Sequence record: LC727695.1
Length of the DNA: 64,000 nucleotides
Reading direction: 5' to 3' (one strand)
This document shows, one piece after another, positions 27,906-35,405 of the stretch (position 1 is its first letter; each line of letters opens with the position of its first letter). Below the pieces are notes generated by a model, which worked only from the letters and a program-made list of their open reading frames with translations, had not been told where the DNA came from and did no database searches. The position numbers were made by a program, and so were the translations under genes.

Positions 27906-29018
27906 CTATTTGATGATAACCGCTTTAGAAAGAGTTTCCATACTTCCAATAACTAATTTGGATTTCTCTTCTTCAGGGTTCTCCATTGCTTCACGCAGGA
28001 GTTCACCAATAGTTTTGGGTTGAACACCATCACTGATTTCACGCGAGCATGCCGAGTCGTCGTACATATCAAACACATTCAGATCATCATCATCCAGGGG
28101 CGTGCTGTCATTCCATGAATAGCTTGATTCATCCGAGGTATCATCAGACTCACCATACTGTTCACTGAGGTCACGGTCCAGTTCAGCCTCATACATCTCG
28201 CTAATTGCTTTATCGTCTTCTTCTTGCGCCTTACGACGAGAAGTCTTGTAGAACGGAAGCAGGCGTTGCAGGACTTTATGGAACTTCTTCTTGCTGATCA
28301 ACCAGCTAACAGAGTAGCGAGACAGCTTTACTTCAGCTGCTTTGATAGTCGGATCGGAGTACAGCGCCATGACTAGCTTGTCCAGTTTGTGCAGATGATC
28401 TTTAAACGAGTTTGCATAAGCAGGATGTTCCCGAAGAGTGAACATCACAAACGAACGCATGTCAGTGATATAGTACTGACTGTGATGTTTGTTGATTTCG
28501 ATGTATACCGGATCTACTGCGCGGTTATAATCGAATTCCTCTGCCCAGGTAAGGCTACGTACTTTAGTAGGACGAGGACCTTCTGCCCAACGAACAGTCG
28601 GATGTTTCTCACGGATGTTCCAACCATGATTGCGATCATACTCGGTTGACTCTTCTTTGAACCAGGTGAAATTACCTTCACCGCGCGATACAATACCACG
28701 GCACCAACTGACGTTGATTGCCTTGTTACGGCTTTCAGTAAGATCACAGGGCATGTCCAGAATAGCGACATAACTGTTATGACCATTGGCCACAACGCCG
28801 AGAACAGTAGCTTCGAATGTCTCGTAGCGCTGTCCAGGATACACACGTTCATTCTCATCCAGGTAACGAAGGGAGCAGGATTCGAAGATAGCACGAGTAC
28901 CGGCAGGGAAATGGGCACGACCGAAAGGTTGTTCGGCCTTTCTTTCTTTACGACGGCTGATAACCCATTCCAGTTTTTCTTTGGTCAGACGGGTTACGGG
29001 TTCACGATATTGTTTCAT
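27906..29018 (-). CDS. early protein, probably the phiKZ014-like ribosome-binding factor
   Basis: 370 aa, basic N-part and acidic disordered tail; size and position fit gp14 by gene counting (inference). Confidence 0.55.
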   Translation of the reverse strand: MKQYREPVTRLTKEKLEWVISRRKERKAEQPFGRAHFPAGTRAIFESCSLRYLDENERVYPGQRYETFEATVLGVVANGHNSYVAILDMPCDLTESRNKAINVSWCRGIVSRGEGNFTWFKEESTEYDRNHGWNIREKHPTVRWAEGPRPTKVRSLTWAEEFDYNRAVDPVYIEINKHHSQYYITDMRSFVMFTLREHPAYANSFKDHLHKLDKLVMALYSDPTIKAAEVKLSRYSVSWLISKKKFHKVLQRLLPFYKTSRRKAQEEDDKAISEMYEAELDRDLSEQYGESDDTSDESSYSWNDSTPLDDDDLNVFDMYDDSACSREISDGVQPKTIGELLREAMENPEEEKSKLVIGSMETLSKAVIIK

Positions 29019-29167
29019 GGTGTATTTTCCTTTTTACGATTAATTTGGATTATGTACATCCCAATGCATCCTTTCCAAGATACATTGGGATGGAGTCTCC
29101 GAAGAGTCCCATCTTTTATTCCTGGGTCAGTTCTTTGACAGTACCCTCGGGCGCTGGTTTATTCATA

Positions 29168-29575
29168 TCACAGAAGCTGAGAGAGAATTGGTAGCATGAA
29201 AGTCTTTATCTTATTGCGATACATATTTACCCATGCATTGGACTCATCCACGTGAGTGGATGTGTACTCAGCTACCTTAATATATTCTAAAAAGCCAACA
29301 GCATCCGGGCCTTGATCAACATAGACCATCTTGTTGAAAAGACCTATACCAATGAGCGAGAGACGCTCTGCTTTTATGAAGGCGATAGTATCTTCGATGA
29401 TAATCTTTACTAGGTCCCTGTACTTAACATGGTCGTTATGGATCAATGCCAACATGTCATCAACCTGTACAGTCAACAACATGTCTTCATTACGACGGTT
29501 GACCAGTTCATTGGTCTGTTCTTGGGTGAACACATGGTCCACGTTTTGGAAGACTCTCGACAGACGACTATCCAT
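29168..29575 (-). CDS. hypothetical early protein
   Basis: 135 aa, GAGGA RBS. Confidence 0.75.
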   Translation of the reverse strand: MDSRLSRVFQNVDHVFTQEQTNELVNRRNEDMLLTVQVDDMLALIHNDHVKYRDLVKIIIEDTIAFIKAERLSLIGIGLFNKMVYVDQGPDAVGFLEYIKVAEYTSTHVDESNAWVNMYRNKIKTFMLPILSQLL

Positions 29576-29749
29576 TTATTATTCCTCAGTAATAGTAAAT
29601 ACAAACATAGTACATTTCGGTTTAGCCGGCTGTTGACACCATTCCTTCGAAACCTTACCTTCGGGTTTGGTCAGTTCATAATAGAACTCACTACCAGCAG
29701 TAGTGAGTTCTATTATGAACTGCAAGAAAACCTACCACTATTTTGGTTT

Positions 29750-30148
29750 TCACTTAGTGATGATCCGTTGCACGAAATGTTGGAGATTTGCAACCAGTCG
29801 ATCGAACTCTTCCACGGTCAGCTGATCACGATGAGATTCCAGAAGTACTTCTACCTCTGGAAGAATGTTGAGCGCGATGTCCAATTGGGTCCGTGAGATG
29901 AACTCTGCGACATCCAACTCGTGATCTCGACGAAGATGATTTACCAGCTTGCGATGTTGTTCACTGTTACGGTAGGTGGAGATCTTATCGATAAGAATAT
30001 CAGAGATACTGCTTTCGATCTGTTCGGCTACAGCCTGACCGTCTTCCTTTACGGTAGCTTTGACCGCGAGGATGGCAGCAACGGCTGTTGCGCCAACTGC
30101 CAGTGCAATAAGACCAAGACCAAGTGCGTTTTCTTTGATGAAGTTCAT
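29750..30148 (-). CDS. membrane-anchored helical protein
   Basis: N-terminal TM helix ALGLGLIALAVGATAVAAILAV. Confidence 0.75.
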   Translation of the reverse strand: MNFIKENALGLGLIALAVGATAVAAILAVKATVKEDGQAVAEQIESSISDILIDKISTYRNSEQHRKLVNHLRRDHELDVAEFISRTQLDIALNILPEVEVLLESHRDQLTVEEFDRLVANLQHFVQRIITK

Positions 30149-30153
30149 ATTGA

Positions 30154-30495
30154 TTATCCTTTCAAAGTTGCATCATCATTGAAGATATCAGGACCCACCG
30201 AGAGACTTCCCAGAAGATCCGGAGCAATGTAAACAGAGTTGAGGGTTTCGTATACACCGGTAACAGCATCTACGTTAACCAGGCTAGAACTGCGCATGGG
30301 TACCCATTCACCGTTACGGAAGGCTTCACCGACCAGTACACGAACATCATCTACGTCAGTGCGGTTCGGCCATAGATCCTTACCTTCTACTATTTTTACA
30401 TTACGAGCATGGTAGACCAGTTTACCATTCATGCGAGCAACGATATTCGGACGGCACATGTTGTCGATTACTTTAACTGCTACGGACTTTTCCAT
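30154..30495 (-). CDS. hypothetical early protein
   Basis: 113 aa, packed between neighbours. Confidence 0.75.
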   Translation of the reverse strand: MEKSVAVKVIDNMCRPNIVARMNGKLVYHARNVKIVEGKDLWPNRTDVDDVRVLVGEAFRNGEWVPMRSSSLVNVDAVTGVYETLNSVYIAPDLLGSLSVGPDIFNDDATLKG

Positions 30496-30505
30496 TTTTA
30501 TTTCT

Positions 30506-30655
30506 CTATTTAGTTACGAGCATTTCTTGACCATTGGGACCGATACGATGACCGAGGATAACAGTTTCATTAGAAATAGTTTGCTCTTCAAACTTAGCGT
30601 TTACAAACAGTCCACCAAAAGTCAAACCAATAACCACTAGTGCGAATGCTTTCAT
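30506..30655 (-). CDS. small membrane/secreted protein (49 aa) missed by the ORF track
   Basis: first gene after an early promoter; MKAFALVVIGLTFGGLFVNAK...LVTK*. Confidence 0.7.
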   Translation of the reverse strand: MKAFALVVIGLTFGGLFVNAKFEEQTISNETVILGHRIGPNGQEMLVTK

Positions 30656-30665
30656 TTTTAAAGTC

Positions 30666-30729
30666 CCTTTTTACATTAATTGAAGGTTAAATATCAAGTT
30701 AGTAATATACTGTTTAAAATGGTTTGAAT
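30666..30729 (-). repeat. 64-bp promoter+leader+RBS cassette, copy 1
   Basis: identical to 32517-32580; contains TATATTAC and AAAAAGG on the minus strand. Confidence 0.95.
30702..30729 (-). promoter_or_regulatory. early vRNAP promoter
   Basis: ATTCAAACCATTTTAAACAGTATATTAC on the minus strand. Confidence 0.85.
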
Positions 30730-30745
30730 AAGGGAGTAGTAGTTA

Positions 30746-31006
30746 TTACATATCGTGCAGGTAGGTCTCATCAATGATGGCACGGGCTAGCTCAATGAGA
30801 CTATCTTCATCAACAACAATGTTACCATCTTTCCAGGTAGCGCTATGGGATAACCAGTTACGGTAATCCTTACCTCGTACAGGATTGATGCATACCTGAC
30901 GAGTAGCTGCATCACGGTCACCACGGAAACCCATGATAGCACGTGCACGACGGATTGCTTCTTTCTCCAAGTCTTCGTCAGATTTAAAAGTCAGGAAAGT
31001 TGTCAT
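30746..31006 (-). CDS. hypothetical early protein
   Basis: 86 aa behind promoter 31052-31079. Confidence 0.75.
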   Translation of the reverse strand: MTTFLTFKSDEDLEKEAIRRARAIMGFRGDRDAATRQVCINPVRGKDYRNWLSHSATWKDGNIVVDEDSLIELARAIIDETYLHDM

Positions 31007-31051
31007 AGTTTGATTCCTTTTTACTGATTTAATAGGTTTAATTACACTGTT

Positions 31052-31079
31052 GTGATATACTGGTTAAAATGGTTTGAAT
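31052..31079 (-). promoter_or_regulatory. early vRNAP promoter (variant)
   Basis: ATTCAAACCATTTTAACCAGTATATCAC. Confidence 0.8.
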
Positions 31080-31087
31080 GTATTATT

Positions 31088-31420
31088 TCATTTCCACAGA
31101 CGACAATAGTCATCTACATGTCGAGTGATTTCTGCAACAGCCCTGAGTCGCCGGCGGCCAGTTAATTTAGAGCAGTGTTTATTAACTAATGTATCAACAG
31201 TTTTACGTAACCTAACACAGCGTTCTTCATTAGGTATATCTTGTTCGATAAACAGGCTAGTTAATTTATGGATTTCCATATGGATTTTCTTACATACATC
31301 GTTAGCCGATTTTTCTTCATTTAATTTGTTGTATGATTCGACTAACTTAACAATAGTTGTAGCAACAGTAGTTGCGGCAACAAAAATTTGAATACCATTG
31401 ATAAAATTTTTATTAAACAT
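31088..31420 (-). CDS. hypothetical protein with N-terminal hydrophobic helix
   Basis: 110 aa, GGAG RBS. Confidence 0.7.
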   Translation of the reverse strand: MFNKNFINGIQIFVAATTVATTIVKLVESYNKLNEEKSANDVCKKIHMEIHKLTSLFIEQDIPNEERCVRLRKTVDTLVNKHCSKLTGRRRLRAVAEITRHVDDYCRLWK

Positions 31421-31521
31421 TTTTAAACTCCAACTAATGTATTAAAAAAATATGTCTATATTGAAAATAAAGCCCTCCCCGAAGGGAGGGTGTATGTCGC
31501 CAATAAGTGTTACTAATTTAT

Positions 31522-31734
31522 TTAGTTAGTTTGACCATACGTTCTTTCAAAGTTGTTTACATCATAACCTGAGTGGTGTGTTGCAGAACCACCTGAAGTA
31601 GTATCTATAATCTTAACTACCACTTCATCATTTTCAATGTAAACCGACAGTTTATCTCGCATAAAATCCACGTGGTCATTTCGAGAACGTAGATATTTCA
31701 TTACAGCTTCGCCACTGATTTTACTGTTAGCCAT
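31522..31734 (-). CDS. hypothetical protein
   Basis: 70 aa, followed by terminator 31472-31491. Confidence 0.7.
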   Translation of the reverse strand: MANSKISGEAVMKYLRSRNDHVDFMRDKLSVYIENDEVVVKIIDTTSGGSATHHSGYDVNNFERTYGQTN

Positions 31735-31736
31735 TA

Positions 31737-31973
31737 TTATTTCCTCGATTGATTCCAGTTAAAATTATCTTTTGCATTTTTAGTGAAGAACCCGTTACCC
31801 CAACCAAATGAGTATCTAAAGTCCTTGATTACACCAACATCCGAATCGATAACCTTATATTCAATGACTTTATCACTATTCTCCAGAATGACTAAGATCG
31901 CGATAAGATCTTTAGGATCACCTACAGTCAATTCATGTCTTTCAGACTCGTCTCTGTGGATAACGATGTACAT
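31737..31973 (-). CDS. hypothetical protein
   Basis: 78 aa, GAGGA RBS. Confidence 0.7.
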   Translation of the reverse strand: MYIVIHRDESERHELTVGDPKDLIAILVILENSDKVIEYKVIDSDVGVIKDFRYSFGWGNGFFTKNAKDNFNWNQSRK

Positions 31974-31990
31974 GGTACTTTATCCTCTAA

Positions 31991-32506
31991 TTATACCCAT
32001 TTAGTTACTGGGAGTTCGAAGGTTTCACACAAGTCGAGTACTTTACGATGTTCCAAGTTATTTTCTGGATAGAAGGTAATGGGTGTAGTCGGACTACCCC
32101 AATTAACACGACATCCAGTTTCTTTATGGATTTCGCCAAGTACAGTATATGCACCTGCCCCATCTGCATAACCCATTTGATTAGGGTTAACGCAGATTTG
32201 AGTAAAACGCTCCGTCAATACTCGATTAATAGTGATGGTCAAGAGACGAACGAACTCACGAGTCTTCTCGATGTCGTCTACCCAGAATTCCAGAAGGATC
32301 CATTTCCCATGAGGGTTATCATGCCCACCTTGGAAGAATACACAGAAACCTTCTTTTGCCTTATAAAACTCGTGATTGGTAATGTTACATTCAACCATTT
32401 GTTTCACTGCATGCCATACACGCTCGGTGACATAATCACCATAAAGTTCGATGCAGTGACCACGGCCAGGGAATTGTTCTTTTTTAGAAAATTTAATTTC
32501 GAACAT
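31991..32506 (-). CDS. hypothetical early protein
   Basis: 171 aa, first gene after cassette copy 2. Confidence 0.8.
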   Translation of the reverse strand: MFEIKFSKKEQFPGRGHCIELYGDYVTERVWHAVKQMVECNITNHEFYKAKEGFCVFFQGGHDNPHGKWILLEFWVDDIEKTREFVRLLTITINRVLTERFTQICVNPNQMGYADGAGAYTVLGEIHKETGCRVNWGSPTTPITFYPENNLEHRKVLDLCETFELPVTKWV

Positions 32507-32516
32507 GGTATAGATT

Positions 32517-32580
32517 CCTTTTTACATTAATTGAAGGTTAAATATCAAGTTAGTAATATACTGTTTAAAATGGTTTGAAT
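32517..32580 (-). repeat. 64-bp promoter+leader+RBS cassette, copy 2
   Basis: identical to 30666-30729. Confidence 0.95.
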
Positions 32581-32600
32581 GTATTATCGGTAGGGGAGGG

Positions 32601-33005
32601 TTACCCTTTTAACTTTTTAATACTGTTGGATAAGTACATGACACTACGGAAAATTTTGAATCTTGAAAAGTATTCACGTACTTCTTCTTTAGTCAATACA
32701 AGTCTTCCATCTTTATTTACATTATCACCAAAGACAATTTCCTGAGTATTTTTCCATAAAGATCTATAAAGATAACAGCCATGTGGTGCATCACACCAAT
32801 CATAGATCTTAAGTTCAAATTCAACTTTGTCGACAATATCGTCATCAAATAAAATAGTATTTCCTTTACTATTTAACTCCATTAACTCATTTGCACAATT
32901 TATTGCAAACTCAACCGCTGCCCAGGTTCTACCACCACTGAACATATCTTTACTTAATTTACTTAGATCGATTGCATTATAAGTTGTTTTCTTAGAGTTT
33001 TTCAT
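32601..33005 (-). CDS. hypothetical early protein
   Basis: start MKNSKK after GAGGAG (track opens at 33014 on GTG). Confidence 0.7.
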   Translation of the reverse strand: MKNSKKTTYNAIDLSKLSKDMFSGGRTWAAVEFAINCANELMELNSKGNTILFDDDIVDKVEFELKIYDWCDAPHGCYLYRSLWKNTQEIVFGDNVNKDGRLVLTKEEVREYFSRFKIFRSVMYLSNSIKKLKG

Positions 33006-33056
33006 GGACTGCACTCCTCAATAATAAATAGAATAATCTATATTTAATTCACCTTT

Positions 33057-33084
33057 GTAATATACTGTTTAAATATGTTTGAAT
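33057..33084 (-). promoter_or_regulatory. early vRNAP promoter
   Basis: ATTCAAACATATTTAAACAGTATATTAC. Confidence 0.85.
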
Positions 33085-33095
33085 ACATGACATAA

Positions 33096-33117
33096 AGCCT
33101 TCCCCTGGGGGAAGGCT
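33096..33117 (-). terminator. terminator after DHFR
   Basis: AGCCTTCCCC-TG-GGGGAAGGCT. Confidence 0.8.
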
Positions 33118-33121
33118 ATTA

Positions 33122-33643
33122 TTATGTTTTAATCCAATGGGTATATGTACATAGGTCAGTTTCTTTAATAATGGTTGATTTCCATTTATCCCATTTAATG
33201 ATTTCTTTAGGGAAATAAACACAACTACTATTATCTATTTCCATCTTGACAGTAGTAATGTACATTTCGTCTAAAATATCCTTTTCAATGACTTCTTTAT
33301 AAAGTTGAGAACCGCCAATGATCCATACATCCTTTCCAGTTTCTTTATTGAAATGAGTGGCATAAACAATAGCTGCACTTAGATTAGGGAGTACACCTAA
33401 TTTATTATCATAGGCTACTGGATAATTACCGTTACGATATAAACTTGATGATACAACAATGTTATTACGATTAGGTAACGGTTTACTACCTAAGGATAAG
33501 AAAGTATTTTTACCCATGATAACACAGCAACCAGTTGTCATTTCTTTAAAGAAAGCTAAATCCTCAGGTATATGCCAAGGTAATAGATTATTATATCCAA
33601 TGACACCATTTAGGTCATGGGCAACGATTAATTTAATAGCCAT
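33122..33643 (-). CDS. folA: dihydrofolate reductase
   Basis: IVAHDLNGVIGYNNLLPWHIPEDLAFFK, IMGKNTF, PLPNRNNIV, WIIGGSQLY. Confidence 0.97.
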   Translation of the reverse strand: MAIKLIVAHDLNGVIGYNNLLPWHIPEDLAFFKEMTTGCCVIMGKNTFLSLGSKPLPNRNNIVVSSSLYRNGNYPVAYDNKLGVLPNLSAAIVYATHFNKETGKDVWIIGGSQLYKEVIEKDILDEMYITTVKMEIDNSSCVYFPKEIIKWDKWKSTIIKETDLCTYTHWIKT

Positions 33644-34149
33644 TAATTTTCCTTAGGCCAGAATTTACAAGATACTTCATTATCTTTAAATTCAATAGCC
33701 CAACTACAGCAAGTGAAATTAGTTTTAAACTTAAATGTAGACGCTAATAGGTAATTAATTTGAGCCATTTGTAATAGCGTTAATTCACCATATACTTTCT
33801 CATCAATCAATACACCAGGTCTTTTATGTTTAATAACTAATTCATTCAACTTAATATCTTGTTCAATATAGAGGTATTCCACTTCGCCTTTTTCTAGTAT
33901 AGGCATGTCCCAAAGAATCAGACTAATCTGTTGTGTGAATTCCTCAATACTAGTTGTAATATCTAGTCCTTCATAACCTATCAATAGATTTATAAGTACT
34001 TGTAGACTAATCAGATTAACAGGTAAGTCTTTTAAATCGTCTTCTTTAATAGTTGTTCTAAAATAAACAGTGCCATCTAAGTTTTTAACTAATAATCTAT
34101 TTAATAGATGATTGACTTCTGATTTAATCTGATAATCCAGTTTGATCAT
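33643..34149 (-). CDS. hypothetical protein
   Basis: 168 aa, coupled to DHFR. Confidence 0.75.
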   Translation of the reverse strand: MIKLDYQIKSEVNHLLNRLLVKNLDGTVYFRTTIKEDDLKDLPVNLISLQVLINLLIGYEGLDITTSIEEFTQQISLILWDMPILEKGEVEYLYIEQDIKLNELVIKHKRPGVLIDEKVYGELTLLQMAQINYLLASTFKFKTNFTCCSWAIEFKDNEVSCKFWPKEN

Positions 34150-34708
34150 TAGCTAACTCCTTGAGTCTAGTCATGCCATTACTAACTTCAATAATGTAAC
34201 TAAAGTCAAAACTATATTTCATCATTTTGAATTCTTCTTTAAAGTTAGCGATATTTCCAGACAGAGCAATTTGTTCAAATCGACTAAAATCAGTAATAGT
34301 TTCATCGAACATTAGTTCTCTTGCGGTAATATCTGGATCATAGTTAGGATGATCAACTACAGTACCTTCGTGGTTTAAAGTACCTTGAAAATTCAAAGTC
34401 TTTTTAACATGGTCTACAGTTATTTTCCAACTAGTTGCAATATACCGAGCTTTAACTAAATTAGGAGCATACCTGTAAATACACCATTGTAATGGAGTGC
34501 CAACAGTTTGCGTATCATGCGTGGCTTTTATAACTTTAATAAAATTCTCAAGTTGATCAAATGTAACATTCCTAGTTACACCATCATTAGTGGTTATATT
34601 AAGAGATGGTCGAAGACCAGTACCAAGATCATTGGTGATGATTATATCCTCAACTAAAGCTTCATATAACTTTAGTCCTTCTTTTCTGGATCCAACATCA
34701 TTACCCAT
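34124..34708 (-). CDS. hypothetical protein
   Basis: 194 aa, GAGGA RBS. Confidence 0.75.
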   Translation of the reverse strand: MGNDVGSRKEGLKLYEALVEDIIITNDLGTGLRPSLNITTNDGVTRNVTFDQLENFIKVIKATHDTQTVGTPLQWCIYRYAPNLVKARYIATSWKITVDHVKKTLNFQGTLNHEGTVVDHPNYDPDITARELMFDETITDFSRFEQIALSGNIANFKEEFKMMKYSFDFSYIIEVSNGMTRLKELANDQTGLSD

Positions 34709-35061
34709 TGTTTAGCTTCCTCTTTTGTTACCAGTTGATAAAGTTTATTAAATTCACGTTGACGCATTAATTTGTAATCTAGTATACGCCCATTATTTTT
34801 ACGAATTAAAATAATAAAATCACCCGGACAGACAATTTTATCTTTATCTGGGCCTACACGTAAAATACCATGACTAGATTCAGTTAGATTACATAATGGG
34901 CAAATCGCATTACTAAGAGTAGACTCTTTAGTAGGTATAGCATAACCAACAATAGCACCTTGGTTGATATTATTGATAACGCCATCACCAGGTATATCAC
35001 CGTTCTTTTTCCATTCGATTGCTTCAATTGGATCGGTGTATTTCGGTAGATAAAAAGACAT
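34672..35061 (-). CDS. small protein with an IEA...PGD.II...F..LY pattern and a Cys/His insert
   Basis: motif pattern read by eye; see finding. Confidence 0.7.
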   Translation of the reverse strand: MSFYLPKYTDPIEAIEWKKNGDIPGDGVINNINQGAIVGYAIPTKESTLSNAICPLCNLTESSHGILRVGPDKDKIVCPGDFIILIRKNNGRILDYKLMRQREFNKLYQLVTKEEAKQWVMMLDPEKKD

Positions 35062-35094
35062 TCTTAATTAACTCCGATAAATAATAGTAGTATA

Positions 35095-35349
35095 GTAAAA
35101 AGCACTTAGGTATATTTCTATTTTAAGCTATATTGTTGATAAAATAAAACCTAAGGGTACATAGTGGGTTATTATTTAAAGCTCTTAAATAGCATGGTAG
35201 AACGATATTGGACTATATAGCTGTAACCCTTAAGGCACTAAGGCTACAGAGGTTTTTAAGATAAAGATATCCAATGTACCATAATATGCTTTTACAATAG
35301 ATCAACTAAATTCATTTAAAATGGGTCGTAAAAATACTTAGTTGATCTA
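35095..35349. ncRNA. candidate multi-branched structured RNA upstream of nrdA
   Basis: six or more nested or adjacent helices including a perfect 12-bp stem; strand unknown. Confidence 0.45.
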
Positions 35350-35405
35350 AAGATATGTTGAATACTTTTTCACATGAACTTACGACTCACAATTGGAAAT
35401 TAACA

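Noticed and set aside
26319-30232. Many 100-155 aa plus-strand ORFs (e.g. 26362, 26812, 27169, 27410, 28779, 29331, 29429, 29921)
   Set aside because: Shadow frames of GC-richer minus-strand genes; no RBS or promoter support.
32048-32530. 160-aa plus-strand ORF
   Set aside because: Antisense to the 171-aa gene that has the promoter cassette and RBS.
30666-33084. CRISPR-like or transposon repeats
   Set aside because: The repeats are promoter cassettes separated by genes; no regular spacers, cas genes, transposase or integrase were found in the window.
35355-35405. N-terminal extension of nrdA
   Set aside because: Homology and RBS spacing favour ATG 35406.
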